64,000 nt of DNA from Gammaproteobacteria bacterium (GCA_965277715.1 OZ255836.1:672001-736000), one strand, 5' to 3'; counted from the stretch's first letter, positions 39,845 to 51,245 are shown. A program made the numbers and translations. Notes: generated by a model not told the origin, from the sequence alone.

Positions 39845-40696
39845 TGAGTAGAGCGGGGCATTGGAGTCGACGTGAATAACCGGCGGCATTTTGCCATCGT
39901 TGGTTTTTTGTACTTCGGGGTCGACACCCAGGGTGCCTTCTTGTAATGACCAGTAAACCCACATGGGGATATTGTCGTGCATGCTGCCATCTGCACCTTT
40001 GATTGAAACCGTTTTGGGCAGATCCAGCATGTCCCACACGGTCTTGGCCCAGGGACCTACACCGGCGACAACGTAATCACAGGCAATGTTGCCCTTGCTG
40101 GTTTCGACATGGGTGATCGCGCCGCTGGCATCACGTGTAAATCCGTTGACCGGGACACCTGTGATGATGCGCACACCTGCCGCTTCTGCTTTGGTGGCGA
40201 GGCCGTAAATGGCTACCGTGTTATTGGCATAGCCGCCACGCTTTTCGTGCAATACCGAGGTAATGCCCTGTGCCTGCCAATCGTGAAAAATATTTTTCAT
40301 GTACGCCATGCTGTCGGCCTCGCCTTCGATAAAGGTGGATTCGTAGCCGATTTCCTTTTGTTCTCTGGCGATTTGTGCCACATCAGAGTGCATGCTTTCT
40401 GGGCTGATTTGCATATAACCCACGGGGTGGTAGCCGAAGTCGCTGGCATTTTCTTCCCACACACCCACGCTGTGGGCCATTAACTCACGCATGGCGGGCT
40501 GAAAGTAATTGTTGCGCACCACTCCGCAGGCGATGCCGGAGGCGCCCGCAGCAATGGCGGTTTTGTCGATGACGAGGATGTCGCTGCCATCGCCGGTACC
40601 CTTGGCTTTCAGTTGTTGCGCCAGGTGCCAGGCGGTGCTGAGACCGTGGATACCCGCGCCGATAATGACGTATTTGGATGACTCTGGAAATGCCAT
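39353..40696 (-). CDS. FAD-dependent oxidoreductase (DAO/sarcosine oxidase beta-like)
   Basis: IIGAGIHGLSTAWHLA, GASG, TPDSFP, HGYKM. Confidence 0.88.
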   Translation of the reverse strand: MAFPESSKYVIIGAGIHGLSTAWHLAQQLKAKGTGDGSDILVIDKTAIAAGASGIACGVVRNNYFQPAMRELMAHSVGVWEENASDFGYHPVGYMQISPESMHSDVAQIAREQKEIGYESTFIEGEADSMAYMKNIFHDWQAQGITSVLHEKRGGYANNTVAIYGLATKAEAAGVRIITGVPVNGFTRDASGAITHVETSKGNIACDYVVAGVGPWAKTVWDMLDLPKTVSIKGADGSMHDNIPMWVYWSLQEGTLGVDPEVQKTNDGKMPPVIHVDSNAPLYSTEDGSLITDEMWGIYYKPDFHFGGIQGGAAPFKVPTDPDKVAVDPYGPESPEFIVGPDFAHMWVSALAHCQKRFEGTLDVYKNEPSGGIGAFTPDSFPVFDVFCDNLYLIADSNHGYKMLGVGKLVAEEIASGGATKLLDPFRFSRYAEGRLHPVSNSPFPWS

Positions 40697-40979
40697 GATG
40701 TTCTCCCGTTGCATGAGTGCCGGACAGCGTTTGTGTCAGTGGCGTGTTGGGCAATTTGTAAATGGTGGGCAGTATGTGAAGTTAAGCATTATGTATGCCC
40801 CGAAAAAACGACGTTATTTGTCATCACCTCGCCGATAAGGTGCAGCATAAAACCACACACAGAATGGCAAAACATAACGATCTGGTGTATTGGTTTAGGT
40901 TAAAAACAGGTCGAAGTTGTAGCACTGTATGGGGTTTCTGTGTGCCAACATCGGTTCAAATAACGTCGGAAATAACTCC

Positions 40980-42338
40980 ATGAATCAAACGGTCAATTTT
41001 ATCCACCACTGTGAATTCGATACGTTGCCAGAGGCGGTGGTTGCACAAACGTTGCGTTGCTTACTCGATCTTGTGGGGGTCGCGGCAGGCGGTATGACGA
41101 CACCCGCCGCCAATATTATGTGCGAACACGTTACCCAGCAATATCTGAGTGCTTCCCAGGGGGCGCGTATTCTATTTGATGGGCGTCGGGTTAGTCCATC
41201 GGGCGCCGCTTTGGCGGGGGGCATTGCCATCGATAGCCTCGATGCGCACGATGGCCACCAGCTTACCAAGGGGCACGCCGGAGTGGCGCTGTTACCCGCC
41301 TTATTGGCGTTTGTCGATGCAGGCCGGGCTGGTGCGGGACAGGTTGGTACAGGGCAGTCGCTCACAGGTAAATCGTTTATTGGCACCCTGGCGATGAGTT
41401 ATGAGTTTGCCTGCCGCGCCGGTATGGCGCTGCACGATAGTGTGTGTGACTACCACACGTCTGGCGCGTGGAATGCCATTGCCTGCGCCGCGATGGGTGC
41501 GCGTTTAATGGGGTTGAGCGAAACACAAACCCGCGAGGCGATGGGGATTGCCGAATACTACGGCCCGCGCAGCCAGATGATGCGCTGTATCGATCATCCC
41601 ACGATGGTCAAAGATGGATCGGGTTGGGGGGCGATGACGGGCGTTGGTGCCGCCTACCTGGCCGCCTCGGGCTATACCGGCGCGCCTGCCATTACTGTCG
41701 AATACGACAATGTGCAGGCATTTTGGCACGACTTAGGTGACCGTTGGCATATGCTTGAACAGAATTTCAAGGCTTACCCAGTGTGCCGCTGGGCGCAACC
41801 CGCTGTCGAAGCGGCGCTGAATTTACAGCGTGAGCACGGTGTTGCGCACAATGACATTGAGTATATTGAAGTATTTACCTTTCACGAGGGGATGCGTTTG
41901 GCTGCGGCCAGCCCCGAAAATACGGAGCAGGCGCAGTATAGCTTGCCGTTTCCGGTGGCGACGGCGTTGGTTTCCGGCCAGTTGGCGGCGCAAGAGGTCA
42001 CGGGTGATGCGCTGAGTAATCCAGACGTATTGCGGTTGAGCCAATCGATGCAGCTCAATGATCTACCCGCCTACAGCGAGCAGTTTCCAGTGGTGCGCCA
42101 GGCGCATGTGTGCTTTGTTATGCATGATGGCAGTCGCCTGGTATCACAACCTGAATCGGCACGTGGCAATTACGATAATCCTATTCCCGACCAGGAACTG
42201 CGGCGTAAGTACCGCCTGTTGACAGAGCCTGTATTGGGTGAGGCACGCAGTAGTGCAATTGAAACCGCTGTCGATGCACTGCCCGGTGCGGTCAGCACGG
42301 ATGCGTTATGTGATTTATTACTTAATGGGCGTACATAG
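40980..42338 (+). CDS. MmgE/PrpD family protein
   Basis: LLDLVG, LDAHDGH..GH, KAYPVC, QYSLPF, RG..NP. Confidence 0.9.
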   Translation: MNQTVNFIHHCEFDTLPEAVVAQTLRCLLDLVGVAAGGMTTPAANIMCEHVTQQYLSASQGARILFDGRRVSPSGAALAGGIAIDSLDAHDGHQLTKGHAGVALLPALLAFVDAGRAGAGQVGTGQSLTGKSFIGTLAMSYEFACRAGMALHDSVCDYHTSGAWNAIACAAMGARLMGLSETQTREAMGIAEYYGPRSQMMRCIDHPTMVKDGSGWGAMTGVGAAYLAASGYTGAPAITVEYDNVQAFWHDLGDRWHMLEQNFKAYPVCRWAQPAVEAALNLQREHGVAHNDIEYIEVFTFHEGMRLAAASPENTEQAQYSLPFPVATALVSGQLAAQEVTGDALSNPDVLRLSQSMQLNDLPAYSEQFPVVRQAHVCFVMHDGSRLVSQPESARGNYDNPIPDQELRRKYRLLTEPVLGEARSSAIETAVDALPGAVSTDALCDLLLNGRT

Positions 42339-42344
42339 CAACCC

Positions 42345-43070
42345 ATGAATGGCACAACAGATGGGCAGTCGATTGCAGAGGGTCGTCAGTTTCTCATTGA
42401 TAGCGGTTTGAATCTGTTTGCTGTACTGGATTGCGCTGCATTGCCAGAGGATGTGTGTGCATTGATGTCCACATCGATTCACTTATCGGACTACGCAAGG
42501 CTTGTGGTTATCGGCAATACGGGGAGGAAATTCTGGCACGCGCTGCAAGGTGAGAGTATGTCTGTCGCGGATCCCATCGATTCACTGAGTAAAAAACTGA
42601 CACATAGGTTTTGCACTGAGTTTATACAGGATCCAGCGTATCAATTGCTCTTTCCAAGTGATCTGTCGATCCCGTTACAGCGCATTGGTGCGCTGTTGGG
42701 GTGGGGGCAGGTATCGCCATTGGGAGTCGGTATTAGCGGTGAATACGGTTTGTGGTTTGCGTATCGCAGTGCGTTTTTAACCCATGTTGCACTGCCGGTT
42801 TCAGAAAATACACCACCGTTATCTCCGTGTGATGCCTGTGTCGATAAGCCTTGCATAAGCCACTGTCCGGCGGCGGCGGTCAGTGTGGATAATGCATTCG
42901 ATATTTCAGCTTGTTTTAATTTTCGCTTGCGGGATCATTCGCCCTGCCTGGATCGCTGTGTGGCGAGGATGGCCTGCCCTGTCGGTGTTCAGTACCAATA
43001 CCCCCTGGAAATGATTCAGTATATTTATACATTTTCGATGGCGACGGTGCGGCGTTATCGCTCTCTATAA
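42345..43070 (+). CDS. Fe-S protein, QueG/reductive dehalogenase-like C-terminus
   Basis: YGLWFAYR, PCDACVDKPCISHCP, C..C.AR.ACPVG. Confidence 0.7.
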   Translation: MNGTTDGQSIAEGRQFLIDSGLNLFAVLDCAALPEDVCALMSTSIHLSDYARLVVIGNTGRKFWHALQGESMSVADPIDSLSKKLTHRFCTEFIQDPAYQLLFPSDLSIPLQRIGALLGWGQVSPLGVGISGEYGLWFAYRSAFLTHVALPVSENTPPLSPCDACVDKPCISHCPAAAVSVDNAFDISACFNFRLRDHSPCLDRCVARMACPVGVQYQYPLEMIQYIYTFSMATVRRYRSL

Positions 43071-43266
43071 GTTGGGTTAAGTAGTGGGAAAATACAGCGT
43101 AGGTATTTGAACAATGGCCATGATGAGTTGGCTTGGATAACCCTAAACGACGTTAATTATCTCGATTCATGGATGGGGAAGTACTCGTGCGGTTAAGATT
43201 GAATCAACTGGGTGGATTAGGTAGAATTCCCCGCCTGCCGCTATTGGGCGGCAGTACAATTCGATT

Positions 43267-43312
43267 CTCCTTGTCTCACCGCCTTCTGGTGGTAGGCTAA
43301 ACCCGTAAGGAG
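43267..43312 (+). promoter_or_regulatory. S6:S18 ribosomal protein leader
   Basis: CTCCTT pairs with RBS AAGGAG; inner hairpin and CCCG bulge directly upstream of rpsF. Confidence 0.65.
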
Positions 43313-43319
43313 CTCTTAG

Positions 43320-43742
43320 ATGAGACACTACGAAGTCGTGTTTCTGGTCCACCCTGACCAGAGTGAACAAGTTCCGGCAATGGTCGAACGCTACCGTTCG
43401 ATGATTGAAAATGCCGATGGCATTATCCACCGACAGGAAGACTGGGGACGCCGCCAACTCGCTTACCCCATTAATAAAGTCGTTAAAGCCCACTACGTCT
43501 GCTTGAATATTGAGTGTGGCACAGAGGCGCTTGAAGAATTGACCAGTGCATTTCGGTTTAACGATGCGGTTATTCGCAACATGGTCATGTCGTGTAAACG
43601 GGCGATGACAGAACCCTCGCCATTGCTCAAAAAAGATGACGACAAACCTGCACCGCGATCAACCGGTGGCGATGCACCCGAAACAGTGGCAAATGCTACT
43701 GCCGATGAACCATCGACCGCCCCGGCGGCTAATGCAGAGTAG
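43320..43742 (+). CDS. rpsF: 30S ribosomal protein S6
   Basis: [31 protein letters not shown]. Confidence 0.98.
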   Translation: MRHYEVVFLVHPDQSEQVPAMVERYRSMIENADGIIHRQEDWGRRQLAYPINKVVKAHYVCLNIECGTEALEELTSAFRFNDAVIRNMVMSCKRAMTEPSPLLKKDDDKPAPRSTGGDAPETVANATADEPSTAPAANAE

Positions 43743-43753
43743 AGGATAACCTT

Positions 43754-43978
43754 ATGTCACGCCATTTTAGACGTAGAAAATACTGCCGTTTCACCGCCGA
43801 AGGCATCACCGAAGTCGATTATAAAGATATAGAGTTGCTCAAGGCATTTGTTACCGAAACGGGAAAAATTGTGCCCAGTCGCATCACCGGCACTAAAGCA
43901 AAATACCAACGACAACTGTCTACCGCGATTAAACGCGCACGCTACTTGTCGTTGTTGCCTTATACAGACCAACATTAA
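43754..43978 (+). CDS. rpsR: 30S ribosomal protein S18
   Basis: [30 protein letters not shown]. Confidence 0.98.
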   Translation: MSRHFRRRKYCRFTAEGITEVDYKDIELLKAFVTETGKIVPSRITGTKAKYQRQLSTAIKRARYLSLLPYTDQH

Positions 43979-44017
43979 ACAACCTTATTGGCATAACCAC
44001 TATTTAGCAATAACAAA

Positions 44018-44914
44018 GTGTCAAGGTTGGCTCACTACGCCTTAAAGGGCGTGCCACAAGCGGGTTTGTTAGCGGCAACGTTTCTTACATTGTCGCTATT
44101 GTTCCCCCCATTAGCCTGGTTGAGTAGTGCCATTATTGCGTTGGTAACATTGCGTAAAGGGTGGCAACACGGGCTGACTGTACTCGCTGCTGCCACACTG
44201 GGTGCCACATTATTGTTTTATGTGTGCTTTGGTGGCTGGCAATCGGCACTGATGCTGGAATCGATGTTCTGGTTGCCGGTTTTTTTAATGGCATTGGCGT
44301 TGCGCGCTACGATCAGGCTGGAGGTTGGTATGCTGGTGGCATCGGCAATTGGTTTTGCCGCGTTATCCGTGATGTATATTATTCAGGATGACCCGACTGC
44401 AGTGTGGTTGGCATTGTTGCGCGAGGTAATGCAGGTAGAGGTATGGGCATCGCGGTTTAATGTGCCGCCAGCAGAATATGATGCCTTCCTGTTGGGTGTG
44501 TCGCGTTTAATGCCCGGCAGTACCAGTGCCTGTTTAGTGTTTAGCGCTATAGTGAGTTTGTTATTGGCGCGCCGCTGGCAGGCGAAGCTGTTTAATCCAG
44601 GTGGGTTCCAGTCCGAATACCACCAGCTTCGCTACGGTCGACAGGCTGCGATTGTGGCATTGCTTGTCGCGGGTGCCGGGTTGTTGATTCAATCGAGTTA
44701 CACACTGGGTTTGGTGGCCATAGTGGTGGTGACTTATTTGTTCCAGGGGGTTGCTCTGGCGCATGCGGTGGTTAAATTAAAGTCGCTGAATACCACCTGG
44801 CTGGTGGGCATGTATGCGCTTTGTGCCATGTTGCCGCAAATGTTAGTGATTTTAGGGGGTATCGGCCTATTCGATGCCTGGTGGGATTTGAGAAAACGCG
44901 TGGCAACCACCTAA
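44018..44914 (+). CDS. DUF2232 (YybS-like) membrane protein
   Basis: Polytopic; ARRWQAKLFNPGGF; typical position between rpsR and rplI. Confidence 0.8.
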   Translation: MSRLAHYALKGVPQAGLLAATFLTLSLLFPPLAWLSSAIIALVTLRKGWQHGLTVLAAATLGATLLFYVCFGGWQSALMLESMFWLPVFLMALALRATIRLEVGMLVASAIGFAALSVMYIIQDDPTAVWLALLREVMQVEVWASRFNVPPAEYDAFLLGVSRLMPGSTSACLVFSAIVSLLLARRWQAKLFNPGGFQSEYHQLRYGRQAAIVALLVAGAGLLIQSSYTLGLVAIVVVTYLFQGVALAHAVVKLKSLNTTWLVGMYALCAMLPQMLVILGGIGLFDAWWDLRKRVATT

Positions 44915-44974
44915 ATCAGTGCTTGTTTGTCGCGCAGTAAAGTCAACGAATTGATGTAGAGGTAGGGTATTACT

Positions 44975-45427
44975 ATGCAAGTTATATTGCTGGATAAAGT
45001 AGAAAACCTGGGTGGGCTTGGCGAGTTGGTCGAAGTGAAACCAGGGTATGCGCGCAATTTTCTGTTACCTGGTGGCCATGCGAAAATGGCGACACCAGCC
45101 AATGTAGAAGAGTTTGAGAAGCGCCGCGCTGAACTGGAGAAGGCTTCAGCAGACCGTTTGACGGTTGCCCAGGGACGCGCCAGGCAACTGGCTGAAACGT
45201 CGGTGACAATTACGGCAAAAGCGGGAACGGAAGGTAAGTTATTCGGCTCAATCAGTGCCGAAATGATTGCCGATGCACTCACCAGCAGTGGTGTTGAGGT
45301 GGAAAAACGCGAAGTGCGTTTGCCGGAAGGCCCGCTGCGTAGTTTGGGCGAACACACAGTAGGCGTACACCTGCATACAGATGTCGACGCCAGTGCTGTG
45401 GTTATGGTCGTTGCAGAACAAGAATAG
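44975..45427 (+). CDS. rplI: 50S ribosomal protein L9
   Basis: [26 protein letters not shown]. Confidence 0.98.
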   Translation: MQVILLDKVENLGGLGELVEVKPGYARNFLLPGGHAKMATPANVEEFEKRRAELEKASADRLTVAQGRARQLAETSVTITAKAGTEGKLFGSISAEMIADALTSSGVEVEKREVRLPEGPLRSLGEHTVGVHLHTDVDASAVVMVVAEQE

Positions 45428-45448
45428 CGGCGTACCCTTCTTGGGCTT

Positions 45449-46855
45449 ATGGTAATGGTAGAATTGGCACATAACCTGGGCGCCGACGACCGGCTGATTC
45501 AGAATACCAAAATTCCACCGCACTCAATTGAGGCAGAGCAGGCGGTTCTGGGTGGTTTGATGCTCAGTGGCAAAGCCTGGGATGATATTGCTGATCGCGT
45601 TGCCGAACAGGATTTTTACCGACGCGATCACCGCTTAATATTTCGTGCATTTGGTGGTCTTGTCGATGCACAAAAACCCCGTGATGTCGTGACCGTCAGT
45701 GAATGGCTTAGCCACTCAGCGCTGCTGGAAGATGCCGGTGGCCTATCTTATCTCGCTGCATTGGCACAGGAAACACCGAGTGCCGCGAATATCGTTGCCT
45801 ACGCCGAAATTGTGCGCGAACGGGCGGTGCTGCGTAAACTGATCGAAACCGGTACCGATATTGCCAATTCCGCCTATTTTCCCGAAGGGCGGGATAGTAA
45901 AACATTGCTCGATTATGCGGAAAGCCAGGTATTCAGTATTGCCGACGAGAGCAGTCGAACCCGGCAGGGATTTGCCAATATCAGCACTGTGCTCGGTGCA
46001 GCGGTCGAGCGTATCCACCACATTTTTGAAAGCGGTGCCTCGATTACCGGCGTGCCCACGGGCTACGATAAATTTGACGAGTTAACCTCGGGCTTACAGC
46101 CTGCTGATCTGATAATTATCGCTGGTCGACCCTCAATGGGAAAAACCACTTTTGCTATGAATATTGCCGAGCACACGGCAATGAGCCAAAACGAGGCAGT
46201 GGCTATTTTTAGTATGGAAATGCCCGGCGAACAACTCGCTATGCGTATATTGGCATCACTGGGGCGTGTCGAACTACAGAAACTGCGCACCGGGAAAATG
46301 AGTGACCCCGATTGGAGTCGTATCAACAGCGCAGTGAGTATGTTGGTACAGAAACAAAACCTGTTTATCGATGACACCCCGGCGCTGACCCCCACTGAAT
46401 TGCGGGCGCGTGCCAGGCGTTTAAAACGTGAGCACGGTATCTCCCTAATCGTTATCGATTACCTGCAATTGATGCAGGTCTCTGGCAATGGTGAAAACCG
46501 CGCTACGGAAATTTCTGAAATATCCCGCTCGCTAAAAGCGTTGGGAAAAGAACTTAATGTACCGATTGTCGCCCTGTCACAGCTCAACCGCAGTCTGGAG
46601 CAACGTACTGACAAACGCCCCATTATGTCTGACTTGCGTGAATCGGGTGCTATCGAGCAGGATGCTGATTTAATTGCCTTTATCTACCGTGATGAAGTCT
46701 ATGATGCCGAGAGCCCAGATAAAGGCACTGCAGAAGTATTAATCAGAAAACAACGTAACGGCCCGATTGGTTCGGTGCGTTTAGCCTTTTTGGGTGAATT
46801 TACCCGTTTTGAAAACCTCTCTCCTGAGATGTACAGCAATAATATGCCGTTATAA
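45449..46855 (+). CDS. dnaB: Replicative DNA helicase
   Basis: PPHSIEAEQ, GRPSMGKT, DYLQL, LSQLNR, DLRESGAIEQDAD; no intein. Confidence 0.98.
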   Translation: MVMVELAHNLGADDRLIQNTKIPPHSIEAEQAVLGGLMLSGKAWDDIADRVAEQDFYRRDHRLIFRAFGGLVDAQKPRDVVTVSEWLSHSALLEDAGGLSYLAALAQETPSAANIVAYAEIVRERAVLRKLIETGTDIANSAYFPEGRDSKTLLDYAESQVFSIADESSRTRQGFANISTVLGAAVERIHHIFESGASITGVPTGYDKFDELTSGLQPADLIIIAGRPSMGKTTFAMNIAEHTAMSQNEAVAIFSMEMPGEQLAMRILASLGRVELQKLRTGKMSDPDWSRINSAVSMLVQKQNLFIDDTPALTPTELRARARRLKREHGISLIVIDYLQLMQVSGNGENRATEISEISRSLKALGKELNVPIVALSQLNRSLEQRTDKRPIMSDLRESGAIEQDADLIAFIYRDEVYDAESPDKGTAEVLIRKQRNGPIGSVRLAFLGEFTRFENLSPEMYSNNMPL

Positions 46856-46911
46856 TCGTGCACGCATTGGCTGTGTGACAATAAAGAGGCCGCTGTGCAA
46901 TTGAGAATACT

Positions 46912-47997
46912 ATGATTAAAAATAGCACTCTTCTCATCATTCTCACATTGCTGTGTGGCTGTGGCGCGAACCTGCAATCCACGATGTTTATGCGCAATGC
47001 CAGCCACTCTGGGTATTACGCTGGCAAAGACATCAGCGCAGAAAGCCGTGAAATTTGGTCTTTCCAGGCACAAGGCGCCGGGTATTCTACGCCTGTGGTG
47101 CATCGGGGGATTATCTACTTTGGCAATAACGATGGGAATTTGTATGCGTTGCAAGCCAGTACAGGGAGGGAGTTATGGCGTTTTAAAACACAGGGAAAAA
47201 TTGAATCATCACCAGCGGTTGCCAATAACGTCGTGTATTTCGGTAGTTGGGATAAACACCTGTATGCGGTTTCAGCAAAAACAGGCGCGTTGCAGTGGAA
47301 ATTTAAAACAGGTGGGCCAATCTACGCGGCACCAACGGTGGTTGAAACAGCCGTTTTAATTGGCAGTACCGACAAGCATCTGTATGCCATTGATCGACAG
47401 TCGGGACAATTACAGTGGCGTTTTACTTCGCGTGGAGCTATTTACAGTGCACCGGCCGTTCATGCAGGTTATGTTTACATGGGTAGTACGGACAGTTTTG
47501 TTTATGCACTCAGTTTAGTTGATGGCAAAGAAATCTGGCGGTTTCAAATGGGAAAACCTGTTTTCCCGTCACCTGCTATTGAAGTATCGGCCGTCCTGGT
47601 GGGGGCGGACAATGGTGTTATACGCGCATTAAACAGCGCTACAGGTAGAATGCTATGGCAATTTCGTGCCGATAACAAAATTTACACCAGTCCGGCGGTT
47701 AATCAAAATCGTGTGGTATTCGCCAGCACAGAGGGGCATGTCTATGCCCTTAGCCGGGGAGGTGGGCGGAAACGCTGGGAATTTAAAGCCAATAGAGAAA
47801 TATTTGCCTCGCCATTGCTTACTGAAAGCGTAGCGTATATAGCCAGCACTGACGGTACGCTCTATGCGCTCAAGCTGAATTCAGGCGTGCTATTGTGGCG
47901 CAAATCGTTGAAAGCCAGTGTCATTGCCAGCCCGGTAATTGATGATGGTGTGCTTTATATACAGGATATAAACGGGAAACTTAGCGCTTATCGTTGA
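46912..47997 (+). CDS. PQQ-like beta-propeller repeat lipoprotein
   Basis: Lipobox LCGC; ~8 SSP.V...VY.GS.D..LYA....G...W.F repeats. Confidence 0.88.
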   Translation: MIKNSTLLIILTLLCGCGANLQSTMFMRNASHSGYYAGKDISAESREIWSFQAQGAGYSTPVVHRGIIYFGNNDGNLYALQASTGRELWRFKTQGKIESSPAVANNVVYFGSWDKHLYAVSAKTGALQWKFKTGGPIYAAPTVVETAVLIGSTDKHLYAIDRQSGQLQWRFTSRGAIYSAPAVHAGYVYMGSTDSFVYALSLVDGKEIWRFQMGKPVFPSPAIEVSAVLVGADNGVIRALNSATGRMLWQFRADNKIYTSPAVNQNRVVFASTEGHVYALSRGGGRKRWEFKANREIFASPLLTESVAYIASTDGTLYALKLNSGVLLWRKSLKASVIASPVIDDGVLYIQDINGKLSAYR

Positions 47998-48034
47998 GGT
48001 GGGCTCGCACAATAATAACGAAATGTCACACCGT

Positions 48035-48364
48035 TTAACCTCCTTGATCAAGGTACTGTAATTTATCAGCCACGCCATCCCATTGCTCGGCATCTTCCGG
48101 TGGTGTACCCATTTCACTGATTACAGGCCACTTTAGCGATAGCTCGGCGTTTAGCTGAGTGAAGTGTTGCATACCATCGGGTAGATCCTCTTCGGCATAA
48201 ATAGCATTGGCCGGACACTCTGGTTCACACAGTGAGCAATCGATGCACTCGTCAGGATCGATAACCAGATAATTTGGCCCTTCGTGAAAGCAATCGACAG
48301 GGCAAACTTCCACGCAATCCATATATTTGCAAAGAATACAGTTTTCAACTACAACGAATGTCAT
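48035..48364 (-). CDS. fdxA: 7Fe ferredoxin (FdxA)
   Basis: [30 protein letters not shown]. Confidence 0.93.
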   Translation of the reverse strand: MTFVVVENCILCKYMDCVEVCPVDCFHEGPNYLVIDPDECIDCSLCEPECPANAIYAEEDLPDGMQHFTQLNAELSLKWPVISEMGTPPEDAEQWDGVADKLQYLDQGG

Positions 48365-48526
48365 CGTAACCTCGGATGTTTTTCCAGTTTCAAAAAGGTA
48401 ATTAACATGTCCAATTACCACGAGGTTATTTCTGAACAACCTCGCGAGGCAGTATACTGCACTCCTGTCTTATACTAAATTACGTTTTGCACTATTGATA
48501 GAGTATTCACTTATGCTGGACGCGTT

Positions 48527-49411
48527 ATGCGCACGATAAAAAAAGTGGTTTTCCCCGTTGCCGGGATGGGCACCCGTTTTCTCCCGGCAACGAAAGCCAA
48601 CCCCAAAGAAATGCTACCCGTTGTCGATAAGCCACTGATTCAATATGCAGCAGAAGAAGCCGTTGCAGCGGGTATCGATACGTTGATTTTTGTGACGGGC
48701 CGCAATAAACGCTCGATTGAAGATCACTTTGATAAAGCCTACGAACTGGAAATGGCGCTAGAGGAAAAAGGCAAGTTGGATATGCTCAAGGTAGTGCGTA
48801 ATGTACTGCCATCGCATGTCGATTGTGTCTTTATTCGCCAATCGCAAACATTAGGCCTGGGGCATGCCGTGTTGTGTGCAAAACCTGTTGTCGGCGATGA
48901 ACCTTTCGCGGTTATCCTTGCCGATGACCTTATTGGTTTTAGTGACGAACCCGTTTTAAAACAAATGATCGATGTATACAACCGCCACCACTGCGCTGTG
49001 CTCGGTGCTGAAACGGTTCCCAGGGAAGACGTAAGTGCTTATGGGATTGTCGATGGCGAATCGCAGCAGGATAATACCGTTAAAGTCAGGAGTATTATCG
49101 AAAAACCCACCGTTGAAGAGGCACCGGGTAATCTCGCGGTAGTGGGCCGCTATCTGCTGACACCACGTATCTTCTCTCTGCTGGAAACCACTGGCCGTGG
49201 AGCCGGTGGGGAAATTCAGCTCACTGATGCAATTGCCAGTTTGTTAATTGAGGAACAGGTGCTCGCCTATAAATTCCACGGCAAGCGTTTCGATTGTGGA
49301 AGTAAACTGGGATATTTACAGGCGCAAGTCGAATATGCATTGGTACACGACGAATTGAAAACCGAGTTTCGTGAATACCTCCACCATTTTCACCTAACAA
49401 TCAATAAATGA
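48527..49411 (+). CDS. galU: UTP--glucose-1-phosphate uridylyltransferase
   Basis: [33 protein letters not shown]. Confidence 0.97.
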   Translation: MRTIKKVVFPVAGMGTRFLPATKANPKEMLPVVDKPLIQYAAEEAVAAGIDTLIFVTGRNKRSIEDHFDKAYELEMALEEKGKLDMLKVVRNVLPSHVDCVFIRQSQTLGLGHAVLCAKPVVGDEPFAVILADDLIGFSDEPVLKQMIDVYNRHHCAVLGAETVPREDVSAYGIVDGESQQDNTVKVRSIIEKPTVEEAPGNLAVVGRYLLTPRIFSLLETTGRGAGGEIQLTDAIASLLIEEQVLAYKFHGKRFDCGSKLGYLQAQVEYALVHDELKTEFREYLHHFHLTINK

Positions 49412-49507
49412 TCCTGTGTTTAATAAAAGTCCCCTTTATAGCGTGCTGGAAAATGTTGTGAGGCAAGGTAAAAGTAACAAAAATTGCAGTAATTTTCCGG
49501 CCTTTCC

Positions 49508-49540
49508 AGGGAGTGTTTTCAAGTAACTGAGAACACCCCC
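49508..49540. mobile_element. Collapsed MITE (terminal inverted repeats only)
   Basis: agggagtgttttca-agtaac-tgagaacaccccc matches ends of 63602-63761. Confidence 0.55.
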
Positions 49541-49568
49541 AATCTATGTTAAGTATGGCGTCAAATTA

Positions 49569-50384
49569 ATGGCAAAACTATCGGCAAACCTGGGGTTTCT
49601 ATGGCCGGAACTGAGCCTTTGTGAGTCCATTGGCGCAGCCGCTAAAGCGGGGTTTGATGCCGTGGAATGTCATTGGCCTTATGCTGTCCCATCGAGCCAG
49701 GTGGCGATCATACTGCAAGCCGTCAATTTGCCTATGCTGGGCCTGAATACCCGGCTGGGTGAACAGTCCGGTGACTTCGGTTTGGCCGCTGTATTAGGGC
49801 GTGAAGCGCAGGTACGTTCGTATATCGACGAAGCGGTTCTCTACGCCCAGTCCATCGGTTGTTGCAATGTGCATGTTATGGCGGGTAAAACAAATGGCAG
49901 TCAGCGAGCCGAGGCGGTCTATCAGGCAAACCTGGCCTATGCCTGTGACCTGGCAGCACCTTATGGCATCACGGTGCTAATTGAACCAATCAATCATCGC
50001 GATGTACCTGGTTATCACCTCAGTACTGTTGAAGCGGCAATAGCCACAATTGATGCAGTGGGTAAACCCAATCTTAAACTGATGTTCGATTGTTACCATA
50101 CGCAGATCATGCAGGGCGATGTATGCATGCGTTTGCACATGTCTCTAAATTACATAGGGCACATTCAAATCGCCGCTGTACCCGATAGAAGTGAACCCAA
50201 CAACGGAGAGCTGGACTACACCTATGTAATCAATGCCCTCGATACTATGGGTTATGACGGTTTTATCGGGGCTGAATACAGACCCAGAGAATCGACAGAA
50301 AGTGGTTTATCGTGGATGAATACAGTGCAGCGTAATGCTGAACCCGACAGACTCCTGGACGACCGCAATCAGGATTCCCGCTAA
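49569..50384 (+). CDS. hyi: Hydroxypyruvate isomerase family protein
   Basis: ANL, AGFDAVE, IEPIN, FDCYHTQ, HIQIA.VP.R.EP..GEL, GAEY.P. Confidence 0.85.
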   Translation: MAKLSANLGFLWPELSLCESIGAAAKAGFDAVECHWPYAVPSSQVAIILQAVNLPMLGLNTRLGEQSGDFGLAAVLGREAQVRSYIDEAVLYAQSIGCCNVHVMAGKTNGSQRAEAVYQANLAYACDLAAPYGITVLIEPINHRDVPGYHLSTVEAAIATIDAVGKPNLKLMFDCYHTQIMQGDVCMRLHMSLNYIGHIQIAAVPDRSEPNNGELDYTYVINALDTMGYDGFIGAEYRPRESTESGLSWMNTVQRNAEPDRLLDDRNQDSR

Positions 50385-50459
50385 ACTATCTGACTGTGTG
50401 ATATAAATCATTCGCTTATTCACACAGGTTTTATGCTATTAAATTGAGATAAATTTGAC

Positions 50460-51245
50460 ATGAACCAACTGTTGAGTGATGTAATTAATCTGCAACAATA
50501 CCCTCTGCGCAGTGTTGGTTTTCGCGCCCAGTGTAAACGTGTACTAGACGAAAAAGGTGCGCTGGTTATGCACAATTTTCTACCGCCGTCGGTTATTGCT
50601 TCTGTTCAAAAAGAAGGCGAACAGAACCAGCATCTCGCCTATTACACGGTGAAGAACCACAACATCTACCTTAAATCCTCTGACCCGGTATATCCGGCCA
50701 ATCATCCCCGCAACCGAGAGGTCGCCTCGTCAAAAGGGTGTATCACTACCGACCAGATTCCCAGCGATTCTGCATTGCACACGCTTTATAACGCCGCCGA
50801 ATTTCGTTCGTTTTTGTGTGAGGTACTTAACGAGGCCGAGTTGTTTGAATACGGTGATAACTTATCTTCAATTAATCTGCACTATGCCAGCGAGGGGCAG
50901 GAGTTGGGCTGGCACTTCGACAATTCATCTTTTGCTATTACCCTAATGATCCAGAACCCCGAAGGTGGTGGGGAGTTTGAATACGTGAAGGATGTGCGCG
51001 ATGCTGATAATGGCGAGATGAACTACACATTTTCAGGGAAAATCCTCGATGGAGAAGTGTCAACAAAAACGTTGTCGATGAGTGCTGGCACGCTTGTATT
51101 ATTTCGCGGTCGTAATTCGATGCACCGTGTCACCCCGGTAAAAGGCACTCAAACCCGCATGTTGGTGGTATTGGCCTACAACACCGAACCGGGTATATCG
51201 CTGTCTGAGTCGGCGCGCATGACATTCTATGGGCGGCTTGGGTAG
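50460..51245 (+). CDS. 2OG-Fe(II) oxygenase
   Basis: GWHFD (HxD), GGEFEY, FRGRNSMHRVTPV..R. Confidence 0.8.
   Translation: MNQLLSDVINLQQYPLRSVGFRAQCKRVLDEKGALVMHNFLPPSVIASVQKEGEQNQHLAYYTVKNHNIYLKSSDPVYPANHPRNREVASSKGCITTDQIPSDSALHTLYNAAEFRSFLCEVLNEAELFEYGDNLSSINLHYASEGQELGWHFDNSSFAITLMIQNPEGGGEFEYVKDVRDADNGEMNYTFSGKILDGEVSTKTLSMSAGTLVLFRGRNSMHRVTPVKGTQTRMLVVLAYNTEPGISLSESARMTFYGRLG

Noticed and set aside
46912-47997. Calling this gene bamB
   Set aside because: Regular PQQ-like repeats and no hisS-yfgM-der context.
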